Assembly (NCBI GenBank): GCA_963827685.1
Contig: CAWHBU010000002.1
Coordinates: forward strand, 768,001 to 832,000
Direction of reading: 5' to 3'
Length of the DNA stretch: 64,000 nucleotides
Source of the DNA: an uncultured delta proteobacterium
GTDB taxonomy: Bacteria > Desulfobacterota > BSN033 > UBA1163
Shown here: positions 19,534 to 28,618 of the stretch, piece after piece
Numbering within the stretch: the stretch's first letter is position 1
How the letters are laid out: every line of letters begins with the position of its first letter
The notes under the pieces: generated by a model
What the model was told of the DNA's origin: nothing
Databases searched by the model: none
What the model saw: the letters and a program-made list of their open reading frames with translations, nothing else
Made by a program: the position numbers and the translations under genes

Positions 19534-19590
19534 AATAATGCTGGTGCCCAAAGATATCGGTTGAACAATTCCTCGGACACCAACATTATT
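19534..19590 (-). terminator. Long hairpin directly 3' of major pilin (terminator or mRNA stabiliser)
   Basis: AATAATGcTGGTGcCC ... GGaCACCAaCATTATT; T-rich run follows on the minus strand. Confidence 0.6.
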
Positions 19591-19605
19591 ATCAGAGATC
19601 TTAAA

Positions 19606-20049
19606 TTATCGTTTGGGGACATACGCCGGTGGCATACCGTTGGTGGTAGTCCAAAGCCACATAATAGATCCATCCCCAGTCGTAGAAGAACTTGGCGTCA
19701 TCACTAAATTTTTGTTATCAACGGTAGTATCAATGGTACCTGCTGATACGGTCGCTGTGATTATGCCATTTGTCACATCCATAAGACCAATTCTCGTAAG
19801 GGCTGCCGTTGAAACGCCCAGACTGCTTTGAATCATTGCTTTGTCCGGGGCGGTAGGCCAACCACCTGTTTCCTGCATGTATGCTGCTACAGCACTCGCC
19901 ACATTACTCATGCCATTTGTAACTTCAGTCAGTTTGGCCTTGATGGTTTGTGTCTTATACATCGGAATGGCAATGGCTGCCAGAATACCGATGATGGCAA
20001 TAACGATTAACAACTCAATCAATGTGAAACCTTTTTCTCTCCTTAACAT
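19606..20049 (-). CDS. pilA: Major type IVa pilin
   Basis: AAGGAGGT RBS, ATG 20049, MLRREKG^FTLIELLIVIAIIGILAAIAIP; first gene after a sigma-54 promoter; ORF-track start 20121 is too long. Confidence 0.88.
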   Translation of the reverse strand: MLRREKGFTLIELLIVIAIIGILAAIAIPMYKTQTIKAKLTEVTNGMSNVASAVAAYMQETGGWPTAPDKAMIQSSLGVSTAALTRIGLMDVTNGIITATVSAGTIDTTVDNKNLVMTPSSSTTGDGSIMWLWTTTNGMPPAYVPKR

Positions 20050-20150
20050 AATCAGAACCTCCTTTTTTGTTTTGATCATAATGTTTAAGATCTTGCAGTT
20101 TGTGTTTAAACCAAGAACCACCCTAACCGATATAGAAGAACGTTTTTTAG

Positions 20151-20162
20151 GATCACCTCCTT
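20151..20162 (-). promoter_or_regulatory. Extra extended Shine-Dalgarno AAGGAGGTGATC in the pilA 5' leader
   Basis: 12-nt complement of the conserved 16S 3' end, ~100 nt upstream of the pilA start. Confidence 0.6.
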
Positions 20163-20184
20163 CATAAAATTTTATAGGTATTTT

Positions 20185-20201
20185 AGCATATTTTGTGCCA
20201 A
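20185..20201 (-). promoter_or_regulatory. Sigma-54 (-24/-12) promoter of pilA
   Basis: TTGGCAC-AAAAT-ATGCT with GG-N10-GC spacing; IHF-like ATCAAATAGTTG at 20237-20248; dyad TTGTC-N8-GACAA near 20336-20353 is a candidate PilR enhancer. Confidence 0.8.
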
Positions 20202-20606
20202 ATCAGAGCCTTGTCCCCATATTTGATAAAATTATTCAACTATTTGATCTTGCTTAATTTTTAGTCCTCTTGATTTTTGATTATGTGACAACCATGTTCT
20301 CTTGATTCCTGGAACCCGCTACTGATTCACACTTTTTGTCTATTGAATGACAATTCTTGCTAAATACTTGCCCCACACCTCAAATCGAAACAGTCTTGAC
20401 CATTGCGCAACGGGTCAGGCCACTTTTTCAGTTATAATATCAAATTCCAGCCCAAAGGAGCAAGTAGATAACCCTCCCACTTCCCTTCCTCTCTTTGATA
20501 ATAGGTCCATATGCGGGAGGTCCCGGTCATACCTTGACTCTTCTCTTGCTTCTATGGTATGAGAATTGCACTCAAAACATAATTTTGAATCAATTACAAA
20601 GGCAGA

Positions 20607-21317
20607 ATGCATCAATCTTCCGAAAGAATGAAGCCTGAAGAATTTAGAGAGTGGAACGAGAAGATGTTAGAGAAATATGATCCTGATGCCTTCCATCATC
20701 ATTCCAACCCTTTCGTCCGTTTCATTGAAAGAATGAGAGTCAAGGCTATTTTCAAGGTCATCGATATTAGGAAAGAGGATTGTATTATTGAAATCGGGTG
20801 CGGAGCAGGAAACGTCATTGGAAAAGCATCTACCTGTAAATTATTCGGAGTGGACATCAGCTCCTCGGTTCTCAGGAAAGCAAGAGAGAGGCTAAATGAA
20901 AAGGTGCATCTATTTCAGGGGGATGCCCAGAATCTCCCTTGCAAAGATCAAGTATTTACCCGGATTATTTGCTCAGAGGTACTTGAACATCTCTTAGATC
21001 CTTCCGTTGCGCTTGATGAAATGGCAAGGGTTCTAAAGACCGAAGGGACCGCCATCATCTCAATACCCAACGAATCATTGATCAACGGAATCAAAAGCAT
21101 TTTGATACGCCTCGGAATCTTTAAATGCTTATTTCAAAAAGGGTCCTATTCAGAAATGCCGGAGAGGATGTCCACTGAATGGCACCTCCATGTCTTTACA
21201 TTGGAAGAATGGCTTGACTTATTCAGAAAAGTATTTAGAGTGACTGGTGTGAAGAAAATTCCTTTCGCTTGGCTTCCTTTAAGATATGTAATTGCTTTGA
21301 AAAAAAGGGATGAATAA
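20607..21317 (+). CDS. Class I SAM-dependent methyltransferase
   Basis: IIEIGCGAG, GDAQNLP, CSEVLEHL. Confidence 0.9.
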   Translation: MHQSSERMKPEEFREWNEKMLEKYDPDAFHHHSNPFVRFIERMRVKAIFKVIDIRKEDCIIEIGCGAGNVIGKASTCKLFGVDISSSVLRKARERLNEKVHLFQGDAQNLPCKDQVFTRIICSEVLEHLLDPSVALDEMARVLKTEGTAIISIPNESLINGIKSILIRLGIFKCLFQKGSYSEMPERMSTEWHLHVFTLEEWLDLFRKVFRVTGVKKIPFAWLPLRYVIALKKRDE

Positions 21318-21319
21318 TA

Positions 21320-22870
21320 ATGAAGACAATTGGACAAAGAGAAATTTTCATCCTTCTTCTCTGTCTCTTCATAGGCTTTGCCTTAAGGGTCTACACCTTC
21401 GATCAAAAATCCCTCTGGATCGATGAAATCCATACCTTCAACGATTCGAGAGATGGCATCCAAAGCCAATTAAAGTATTATAAGGAAAACCCGACCTACC
21501 TTCATCCTCCTCTCTTTTTTGTTCTCACTCATTTATTCTATCCCTTTACAAAGCCGGAACGAGACCTTCGAATCATCCCCTTATTATTTGGGATCCTTTC
21601 GATACCGATATTTTACCTCCTTTCTAGGCAGTTCTCCCCGAATATCGCACTCCCTTGTACCGTTTCTTTGACTTTCATGACCTATCATATCTATCTCTCC
21701 CAGAATGGCCGCGCTTATTCACTGATCATGTTCGTTGGAATGGCGGGTCTCTATTTCTTTGTGAGGCATTTGCAGACATTAAAAAGACGATATCTCATTC
21801 CTGCTGCTTTCTTTTTTGCGACCTTATTTTATGCGAGTTACAGCTCCATTCTATTTGTTGCCCTTTCCCAGATTCTCTGGTTCTACCAATTGAGGGAAGA
21901 TAATAGAAAGCCAGCTCTCTCGTCCTTTCTAATCTTCAACGGCACTATTCTCTTACTCTGTCTTCCCTGGCTTCTTTTTCTTGGTTTGAATTACCACAAT
22001 CAGCCTTTCATCGATCCCTTCGCGTCTCAAGACCTTGGTCCATTCTCCGCTATGGCATATGGAATCTTGAATGACTGGGTGCCTCATTTACCTCTGACGG
22101 TCATTTCTTTAATTTTCCTAGTCCTTTTTCCCTTTTTTCCAAAAAATAGAAGGAATGCTATTATCCTTTTAAGCGCTTTCGTTCTTCCGATTGGAGGACT
22201 TTACTTGTATTGCAAACTTTTAACCGTGACTCAGTTTATCACTTCGAGATACTTTATCAATTTTCTTCCCCTTTTCGTTATTGCTTTGTTCTCTTCTCTG
22301 GATGCGATCAAAATGAAGTTTGACAGACTAAACAAGCTTATCCGGTTAGACCTTCTCTTTGTAATTCTTTTTATTGTTTCAAATCTGATGATCTTACCTC
22401 TCTACTATCGTTCCGAGAAACAGGACTTCAGAGGCCTGGTGAATTACCTGAATAGCCAGGTTAGAGATGGAGATAAAATTTTTGCAAAAACGTCTACGTA
22501 TATTCCGGGGATACTTCATTATTTTAGAGTCTATCCCCGGAACAGGCACTATGAAGCTCCCATTGTATGGAAGGTCCCCGGGAAACAGTTCGAATTAAAA
22601 GTGTCTCTGATTTCTGAAGGGAGACTCTTTACGATATACTATTCCAATATCCCCTACGCCCAATATGTTGCAAATGGAAACCGACTATGGATCCTTACCG
22701 GAAAAGAAGCCGCGAAGGAGATCAAGAAGAATGTCCCTTGTGCTTTGAAGGGATATTTTGATGGGAGTTTTGCCAACTTCAGACGATTTCCAAGCGATGC
22801 TTCCATGTACCTTTTTCTCTGGGATCCCCAATCGCCAGGAGAAAAGGGGATTGATATGCCGATTGACTAA
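21320..22870 (+). CDS. GT-C fold membrane glycosyltransferase (PMT_2/ArnT-like), paralog 1
   Basis: SLWIDE, HPPLFF, SQNGRAYSL, RYFI, ~11 TMs plus soluble C-terminal domain. Confidence 0.85.
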   Translation: MKTIGQREIFILLLCLFIGFALRVYTFDQKSLWIDEIHTFNDSRDGIQSQLKYYKENPTYLHPPLFFVLTHLFYPFTKPERDLRIIPLLFGILSIPIFYLLSRQFSPNIALPCTVSLTFMTYHIYLSQNGRAYSLIMFVGMAGLYFFVRHLQTLKRRYLIPAAFFFATLFYASYSSILFVALSQILWFYQLREDNRKPALSSFLIFNGTILLLCLPWLLFLGLNYHNQPFIDPFASQDLGPFSAMAYGILNDWVPHLPLTVISLIFLVLFPFFPKNRRNAIILLSAFVLPIGGLYLYCKLLTVTQFITSRYFINFLPLFVIALFSSLDAIKMKFDRLNKLIRLDLLFVILFIVSNLMILPLYYRSEKQDFRGLVNYLNSQVRDGDKIFAKTSTYIPGILHYFRVYPRNRHYEAPIVWKVPGKQFELKVSLISEGRLFTIYYSNIPYAQYVANGNRLWILTGKEAAKEIKKNVPCALKGYFDGSFANFRRFPSDASMYLFLWDPQSPGEKGIDMPID

Positions 22871-22887
22871 GGAGGACCGAGTGAAAG

Positions 22888-22936
22888 GGACTGAGGACTG
22901 GGTAATAAGGACTAAGTGCTAAACACTAGGGATTGA
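22888..22936. repeat. Seven degenerate 7-mers (consensus ~GGACTRA)
   Basis: ggactga ggactgg gtaataa ggactaa gtgctaa acactag ggattga. Confidence 0.6.
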
Positions 22937-22968
22937 GCGGAAAGATGTAACAATTAAGATTCTATGTT

Positions 22969-24513
22969 ATGAGCTACCTTAAACGAAAAGAAATTTTTAT
23001 CCTTGTTCTTTGCCTTCTCATAGGCTTTGCTTTGAGATTCTACACCTTTGACCGAAAATCCCTTTGGATAGATGAAATTTATACATTTAATGATTCGAGG
23101 GATGGTATCAGGGGTCAATTAAATTTTTACAAGGAGAATCCCTCATACCTTCAGCCTCCCCTCTTCTTCATCCTTACCCACCAATTCTACCCGTTTAATA
23201 AACCAGAAAGAGATCTGCGCATTATTCCCTTAATCTTTGGAACCCTCTCAATCCCTATGATCTACCTGCTTGCGAGACAATTTTCTCTTCTTATTGCTTT
23301 CCCCTGCATGGTTTCTTTAACCTTCATGACTTACCACATTTGCCTCTCCCAGGATGGACGAGCCTATTCACTCACCATGTTTTTAGGGACGCTGAGCCTT
23401 TATCTTCTCATACAATACTTAGAGACTTCAAAAAAGCAATTTCTGGTGTTAACCTCTTTTATTTTTGCAATATTATTTTACACGAGTTATAGTTCCGTCC
23501 TGTTTATTGCTGTATCCCAGATCTTATGGTTCTATCGATTCAATGGAGAGAAAAAACCTCCCTTTTACTCCTGGATCGTTCTAAATGGTATCCTCCTTTC
23601 ACTCTGTCTTCCTTGGATTCTTTTTCTAGTAGTAAACTATCGTGGCCAACCGTTGGTACATCCTTATGAATTCAGAGCATTTCTGTCTTTTTGGGGTATT
23701 TTATCTGGTATTTTAAATGATTGGGTGCCTTATGCACCTCTCACTATTGTTTCAGTGATCCTTTTAATATCTTTGCTTTTTTTCTCAAAGTCTAGGAGGA
23801 ATGCCATCCTCCTAATTGGCGTTTTCATCTTGCCGATTGGTGGGCTATACTTGTATTGTAAGTTATTTAATATTTTCCATTTTATCTCTTCTAGGTATTT
23901 TATTAATTTTTTACCTCTATTCCTTATTACCCTATTCCTGTCATTGAGTGCTATTGAATATAGATTTGAAAAATTAAATAAATTCGTGCGATTCAGACTC
24001 GTCTTCACCGTCCTTTTTATCGCATCTAATCTCGTGATCCTTCCACTCTATTACCGCGCTGAGAAGGAAGATTTCAGGGGCTTAGTAAATTATTTAAAGA
24101 CCCATCTCAGGGAGGGAGACAAACTTTTCGATAGCGATATGGCATATATCCCAGGCATACTTCATTATTTTGGGGTTTACCCGGAGAAACGGCACTATGA
24201 GATTCCTTATTATAAGGTTTCAGAAAATGAGATTGAATTCAGGAAATCTTTTGTTTATAAAAATAGTCAATACACAATCTATTATTCCAAAACCTGTTGC
24301 ACCCAGTATCTTTCTGACAAGGGTCGTATATGGATTATTGGAGGAAAAAGGACCGCGAAGAAGATCAAAGGGAATTCTCCTTGTGTTTTAAAAGGGTACT
24401 TCGATGGAAGTTTTCTTAACTTCAACAAATTTCCGACAGATGCTTCCTTGTATCTTTTCCTCTGGGATCCTAAATCCCCAGGAGAGAAAGGGATTGATAG
24501 GCCGATTGAGTGA
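22969..24513 (+). CDS. GT-C fold membrane glycosyltransferase (PMT_2/ArnT-like), paralog 2
   Basis: Colinear with 21320-22870 over the full length (SLWIDE, KPERDLRIIP, DFRGLVNYL, LFLWDP..PGEKGID). Confidence 0.85.
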   Translation: MSYLKRKEIFILVLCLLIGFALRFYTFDRKSLWIDEIYTFNDSRDGIRGQLNFYKENPSYLQPPLFFILTHQFYPFNKPERDLRIIPLIFGTLSIPMIYLLARQFSLLIAFPCMVSLTFMTYHICLSQDGRAYSLTMFLGTLSLYLLIQYLETSKKQFLVLTSFIFAILFYTSYSSVLFIAVSQILWFYRFNGEKKPPFYSWIVLNGILLSLCLPWILFLVVNYRGQPLVHPYEFRAFLSFWGILSGILNDWVPYAPLTIVSVILLISLLFFSKSRRNAILLIGVFILPIGGLYLYCKLFNIFHFISSRYFINFLPLFLITLFLSLSAIEYRFEKLNKFVRFRLVFTVLFIASNLVILPLYYRAEKEDFRGLVNYLKTHLREGDKLFDSDMAYIPGILHYFGVYPEKRHYEIPYYKVSENEIEFRKSFVYKNSQYTIYYSKTCCTQYLSDKGRIWIIGGKRTAKKIKGNSPCVLKGYFDGSFLNFNKFPTDASLYLFLWDPKSPGEKGIDRPIE

Positions 24514-24616
24514 AGTTAAATCGGATGAGGAAAGGATCTTTGTTTGGCAAAAGGGCCATGAAATGGAAATGAGTTCCTAAGGGATAAGACAAAAAAAGAC
24601 ACTGCAACCCAAGGTT

Positions 24617-26632
24617 CTATTGCCGACGGATCTCGAACACCCAAAAATTCTGGTCGCGAAAAAGCTCAAGGGTTTCCTTCCTCAAAAAGTAATCAAAGAT
24701 AACTCGCTCGCTTTGTTCCATGGTTTTTTCCAACAAGGAAAGGTTCAAGAAAAGGTGAGTAAATCCAGCCTTGGCCAACCTTTTGGACAGCTCTTCTCCA
24801 TTGACCGATGCGCGAATGAATTCCTTCAGAGTGGTGTCTTCTATAAAAGTATCAGAATAATACTTGCGGTTCAAATAATACCCGTAGGCTCCTGTCCATA
24901 CGCAAAGCAAGTAAGAACGTGGGGGTAGGTTTTGATTGATAAATTCTAAGGCAGGGTAACCCGGGACTTTTCGAATCAGAAAATCCTTCTCCTGCTCCAT
25001 GCCCAAGACCGGCCTGTAGCATCCAATCTTAAAAAACTGCGTACCAAGGAACCACATGTTCCACGCAAGGGAGCCAATGAGAACCAAGAAAAGTATCATC
25101 CCTATCAGGTGTTTCCTTCTTGCCCAGTTTACGAGAAGCTCTACTGAAGGAGCGGCGAAAGCGCAAGCCAGCATCTGAGAAGGCAACCAAAACCTGACTT
25201 GCTGGGTTCCGAACACAAAGAATGCAGCGGATACAACAAACATCAGTCCTATTTCTTTCAGCCTACCCTCGACCAATCGGCGAAGAATCAAAAGTATGGC
25301 CGAAGCCGCGGCCAAAATCAAAAAAATGAGCAAGAACGGGCCTATGGCACCGTCAAAACGGATGGTGTCAAATCCCCCTGAAAAAGCCAGTCTCCATGGC
25401 AACAGTAGGTAGTCTAACAGATCCCTTCCCATCCCATAAATATCAAAATACTGGGACATCGCGAGCGCCCTGGCTTCATCCCAACCTTTTCCACCAAACA
25501 AAAACCACGCCATGGGATACACTGGATTGCCCAAGATCATCCAGTTCCATCCCATCCAACAAAGACCCGGCGCCGCTGAAAGGCTGAACACTCCCATCAT
25601 GCTGAGTGCCTTTTTAGGAAGTACTCTTCTCTGGCTCCACAAGAGAATCAGTCCGATCAACCCTAAGTAAATTAACCCACTATATTTAAGCGCAGCCATC
25701 CAACCCGCTAAGAACCCAATCAATAAAACGGGGCCGAAGCCCATGCTTCCAATCGTTTTCCCCTCCCTCCCGGATCGAAGGAAAAGGACTAAGACCAAAA
25801 GGCAGCCTCCGAGGGTCATGAGAAGCGCTGGCTCGACATAGCCACACCCTGTGAAGTACATGACAGGAGGAATTGTGGCGTATCCAACCGCGCACAGTGC
25901 GGCCGGCCAAGGTCCAGCCATCAGATAAGCCAAACCGTAAAGCTCGCCAATCGCAGCAACCTGTTGGAGGACCGAAAATCCTTGGGCCGCACGGTCGCCC
26001 GCATTGGATAAAAGAAGGGTCATAAGCACCTCGTGTCCCTTCGGAAATGCCGAGAACAGATTTCCTTGAATATGCACGAGCCGGCCTGCTTTCAAATATT
26101 CTTTTGGGCATAGCAGGTGATAGACCAGAGAGTCCCGGGTATAAGGTGGAGCTGCTGCTTGAAAAATCGCAGGAATGAGAAAAAGCGTGACCACGGCAGC
26201 CAGAAAAAATAAGGCAATGGATCCATCCCTTTTGTTTTGTCGGACTTCACTCTCACATGGAAAAAAAATTCTTCTCTCAGGATTCTTGCCTATCTCCTGA
26301 ATATCCGTGGAAACCTGAGATCCTCTTCCGTGTTGCAGCGGCCCCTTTCCCAATCTGGAAAGAAGTGGCCTTTCATCTATGATAATTTTCAAAAATGCTA
26401 AACCGATTCCAGTAAAAAAGACTGTCCTGAGCACCCACGGGATATATAACCCTGCGAATCCCAAAGCCGTGAGAAAATAGGAAAAGGCTACATTTCCTGC
26501 GGTGAAGGCAAGGGTATGCCGGGCTACGACTGGCAACGGTTCATTGAAAAAAAGCCTGCGGAGAAGATCTCCTCCAGCCCAGCAGGCTGCTCCGAAGGCA
26601 AGGACAGAAATCGACTCTAAAAAAAGATTCAT
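24617..26632 (-). CDS. Polytopic membrane protein, probable GT-C glycosyltransferase
   Basis: PPYTRDSLVYHL, GNPVYP, QQVRFWLP; more than 12 hydrophobic segments. Confidence 0.65.
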   Translation of the reverse strand: MNLFLESISVLAFGAACWAGGDLLRRLFFNEPLPVVARHTLAFTAGNVAFSYFLTALGFAGLYIPWVLRTVFFTGIGLAFLKIIIDERPLLSRLGKGPLQHGRGSQVSTDIQEIGKNPERRIFFPCESEVRQNKRDGSIALFFLAAVVTLFLIPAIFQAAAPPYTRDSLVYHLLCPKEYLKAGRLVHIQGNLFSAFPKGHEVLMTLLLSNAGDRAAQGFSVLQQVAAIGELYGLAYLMAGPWPAALCAVGYATIPPVMYFTGCGYVEPALLMTLGGCLLVLVLFLRSGREGKTIGSMGFGPVLLIGFLAGWMAALKYSGLIYLGLIGLILLWSQRRVLPKKALSMMGVFSLSAAPGLCWMGWNWMILGNPVYPMAWFLFGGKGWDEARALAMSQYFDIYGMGRDLLDYLLLPWRLAFSGGFDTIRFDGAIGPFLLIFLILAAASAILLILRRLVEGRLKEIGLMFVVSAAFFVFGTQQVRFWLPSQMLACAFAAPSVELLVNWARRKHLIGMILFLVLIGSLAWNMWFLGTQFFKIGCYRPVLGMEQEKDFLIRKVPGYPALEFINQNLPPRSYLLCVWTGAYGYYLNRKYYSDTFIEDTTLKEFIRASVNGEELSKRLAKAGFTHLFLNLSLLEKTMEQSERVIFDYFLRKETLELFRDQNFWVFEIRRQ

Positions 26633-26698
26633 CGATCTGACCCGGACTCTTGTCGTTGGGATTATTTAAGTAGGGGACCCTCAAAAAACCATAAGAAT

Positions 26699-28612
26699 TC
26701 AAAGTGAGGGATGGTAACGATTTACCCACAGTTCCCACACGAGAAGGGTCCATAATTGTTTTCTATTATCTCTCTTGTTGAGAAGGTGATCTTGCAAAAG
26801 TTTGGTAACATATTCAGGGTTGAGAAATCCTTCTCTCCGTACGCGATCGAATGCAAGTAAATCTCTGAACAATGCATTCAAAGGCCCCTTTACCCATTTG
26901 GCAATTGGGACGCCGAAACCCTTCTTCGGCCTGTTTATCACTTTGTCTGGAAGCCAATTTTCCATCGCCTTTTTGAGAATGTATTTTGAAGTAAATCCAT
27001 TTAACTTCCATTCCGAAGGAAGTCCCATTACAAATTCTACCAGCTCATGGTCAAGAAAGGGAGCCCTGACTTCAAGCGAACACGCCATACTTGCTCGGTC
27101 CACTTTAGCCAGAATGGATTCTTGAAGATAGAGCTTCAGGTCGAGATATTGAAGTTTTGTTATTGCATCGTCATAAGAAAATTCTCCTTCATAGAAAGAA
27201 ATTTCTTCAAACAATTGATCTCGACGGAGCTGTGTATGGATATCGGGTGATAATACTTTCTCGATTTCTAAAAATGGAAAAGACCCCAGCCAAACCGAAT
27301 TTCTTATGCCATCCGGATAACCTATCCCAGAAAGGAATTTCTTCACTTTGAAATCGAAACTGATATTATCATCGGAGACAGGAAGTAAATTTGCTAAACG
27401 GCTAATCATGGGATGGAAGGCTCCTAAAAAGCGCTCATAATGTCTGGCAAATTTGTGGGCTACATAGGTTGGATACCCTGCGAATAGCTCATCCCCACCA
27501 TCTCCGCCCAGAGCAACGGTTACGTGGTTACGAGTGAATTTGGAAAGGAGATAGGTTGGTAAAATGGAGGCATCTGCCATAGGTTCATCTAAAATATCAG
27601 CGAGATTGGGAACGAGATCCAGTAAATCTTGGGGTGTCATAATCTGCTCATGGTGTTCCGTACCGATATATTTAGATGCCAAAGAAGCATATTTTGATTC
27701 ATCGAAGGAAGGATCTTCAAAACCGATTGAAAAAGTTTTTATCTTCCCCGGCACCTCTTTTTGGGCCAAGGCTGTGATTGTACTGGAATCAATTCCTCCG
27801 CTCAGAAAAACACCCAGTGGAACGTCGCTAATGAGCCGACGCTTGACAGACTCTTTGAGAAGTTCCATCATCCTTAATTCTGCTTCAGCTTCCGAAAGAT
27901 TTTCTTTACACTTCTGAGAATCAAAAGGGGACCAGTATTGCTTAATCTCTATCTTTTTCTTATCCCAGATGAGATAGGAGGCAGCCGGAAGTTTTCGGGC
28001 ATCCTTGAAAACAGTATGAGGACAGGGAATGAACTCAAAAAATAGATATTTCATCAAGGAAGAGGGATCGACCCTTCTCGGAAAGGCAGGATAAAGCATA
28101 ATCGCCTTCAGTTCAGAGGCGAAAAGAAATGTTCCATTTATAGAACTATAGTAAAGCGGTTTCTTACCTAAGCGGTCCCTTGCCAATACCAGCCGATTTC
28201 CTTTTTCATCCCAGATCGCAATAGCAAACATCCCGCTAAGATACCGGAAGCAATCTTCCTTATACTCTTCATAAGCATGAGCGATGACCTCTGTATCTGA
28301 GCAGGTGCGGAACTGATGCCCCCTACTCTCCAATTCCTCCTTTAGTTCTCTAAAATTGTAAATTTCTCCATTAAAGACTACCCACACTGTTTTGTCCTCA
28401 TTGGACAGGGGTTGATGTCCTCCAGAGAGATCAATAATGCTCAGGCGACGATGTCCAAAGAACACAAACGGGCCTTTTTCATCTCGCGGGCGAATATATT
28501 CTCCCTGGTCATCGGGCCCTCGACGGATGAGAACATCCCGCATCTGTTTTAGAATTTCATGTTGTGGAACGTTTGCCGCCTTTGAGGCGAGAAACCCGAC
28601 AATACCGCACAT
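26699..28612 (-). CDS. asnB: Asparagine synthase-family amidotransferase, second copy
   Basis: MCGIVG, RRGPD, LSGGIDSS, GDGGDELFAGY, KVDRASMACSLEVRAPFLD. Confidence 0.93.
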   Translation of the reverse strand: MCGIVGFLASKAANVPQHEILKQMRDVLIRRGPDDQGEYIRPRDEKGPFVFFGHRRLSIIDLSGGHQPLSNEDKTVWVVFNGEIYNFRELKEELESRGHQFRTCSDTEVIAHAYEEYKEDCFRYLSGMFAIAIWDEKGNRLVLARDRLGKKPLYYSSINGTFLFASELKAIMLYPAFPRRVDPSSLMKYLFFEFIPCPHTVFKDARKLPAASYLIWDKKKIEIKQYWSPFDSQKCKENLSEAEAELRMMELLKESVKRRLISDVPLGVFLSGGIDSSTITALAQKEVPGKIKTFSIGFEDPSFDESKYASLASKYIGTEHHEQIMTPQDLLDLVPNLADILDEPMADASILPTYLLSKFTRNHVTVALGGDGGDELFAGYPTYVAHKFARHYERFLGAFHPMISRLANLLPVSDDNISFDFKVKKFLSGIGYPDGIRNSVWLGSFPFLEIEKVLSPDIHTQLRRDQLFEEISFYEGEFSYDDAITKLQYLDLKLYLQESILAKVDRASMACSLEVRAPFLDHELVEFVMGLPSEWKLNGFTSKYILKKAMENWLPDKVINRPKKGFGVPIAKWVKGPLNALFRDLLAFDRVRREGFLNPEYVTKLLQDHLLNKRDNRKQLWTLLVWELWVNRYHPSL

Positions 28613-28618
28613 AGAGGT

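Noticed and set aside
19606-20049. Geobacter-type conductive e-pilin
   Set aside because: Mature pilin is 140 aa with about 7 aromatic residues (~5%) and long aromatic-free gaps.
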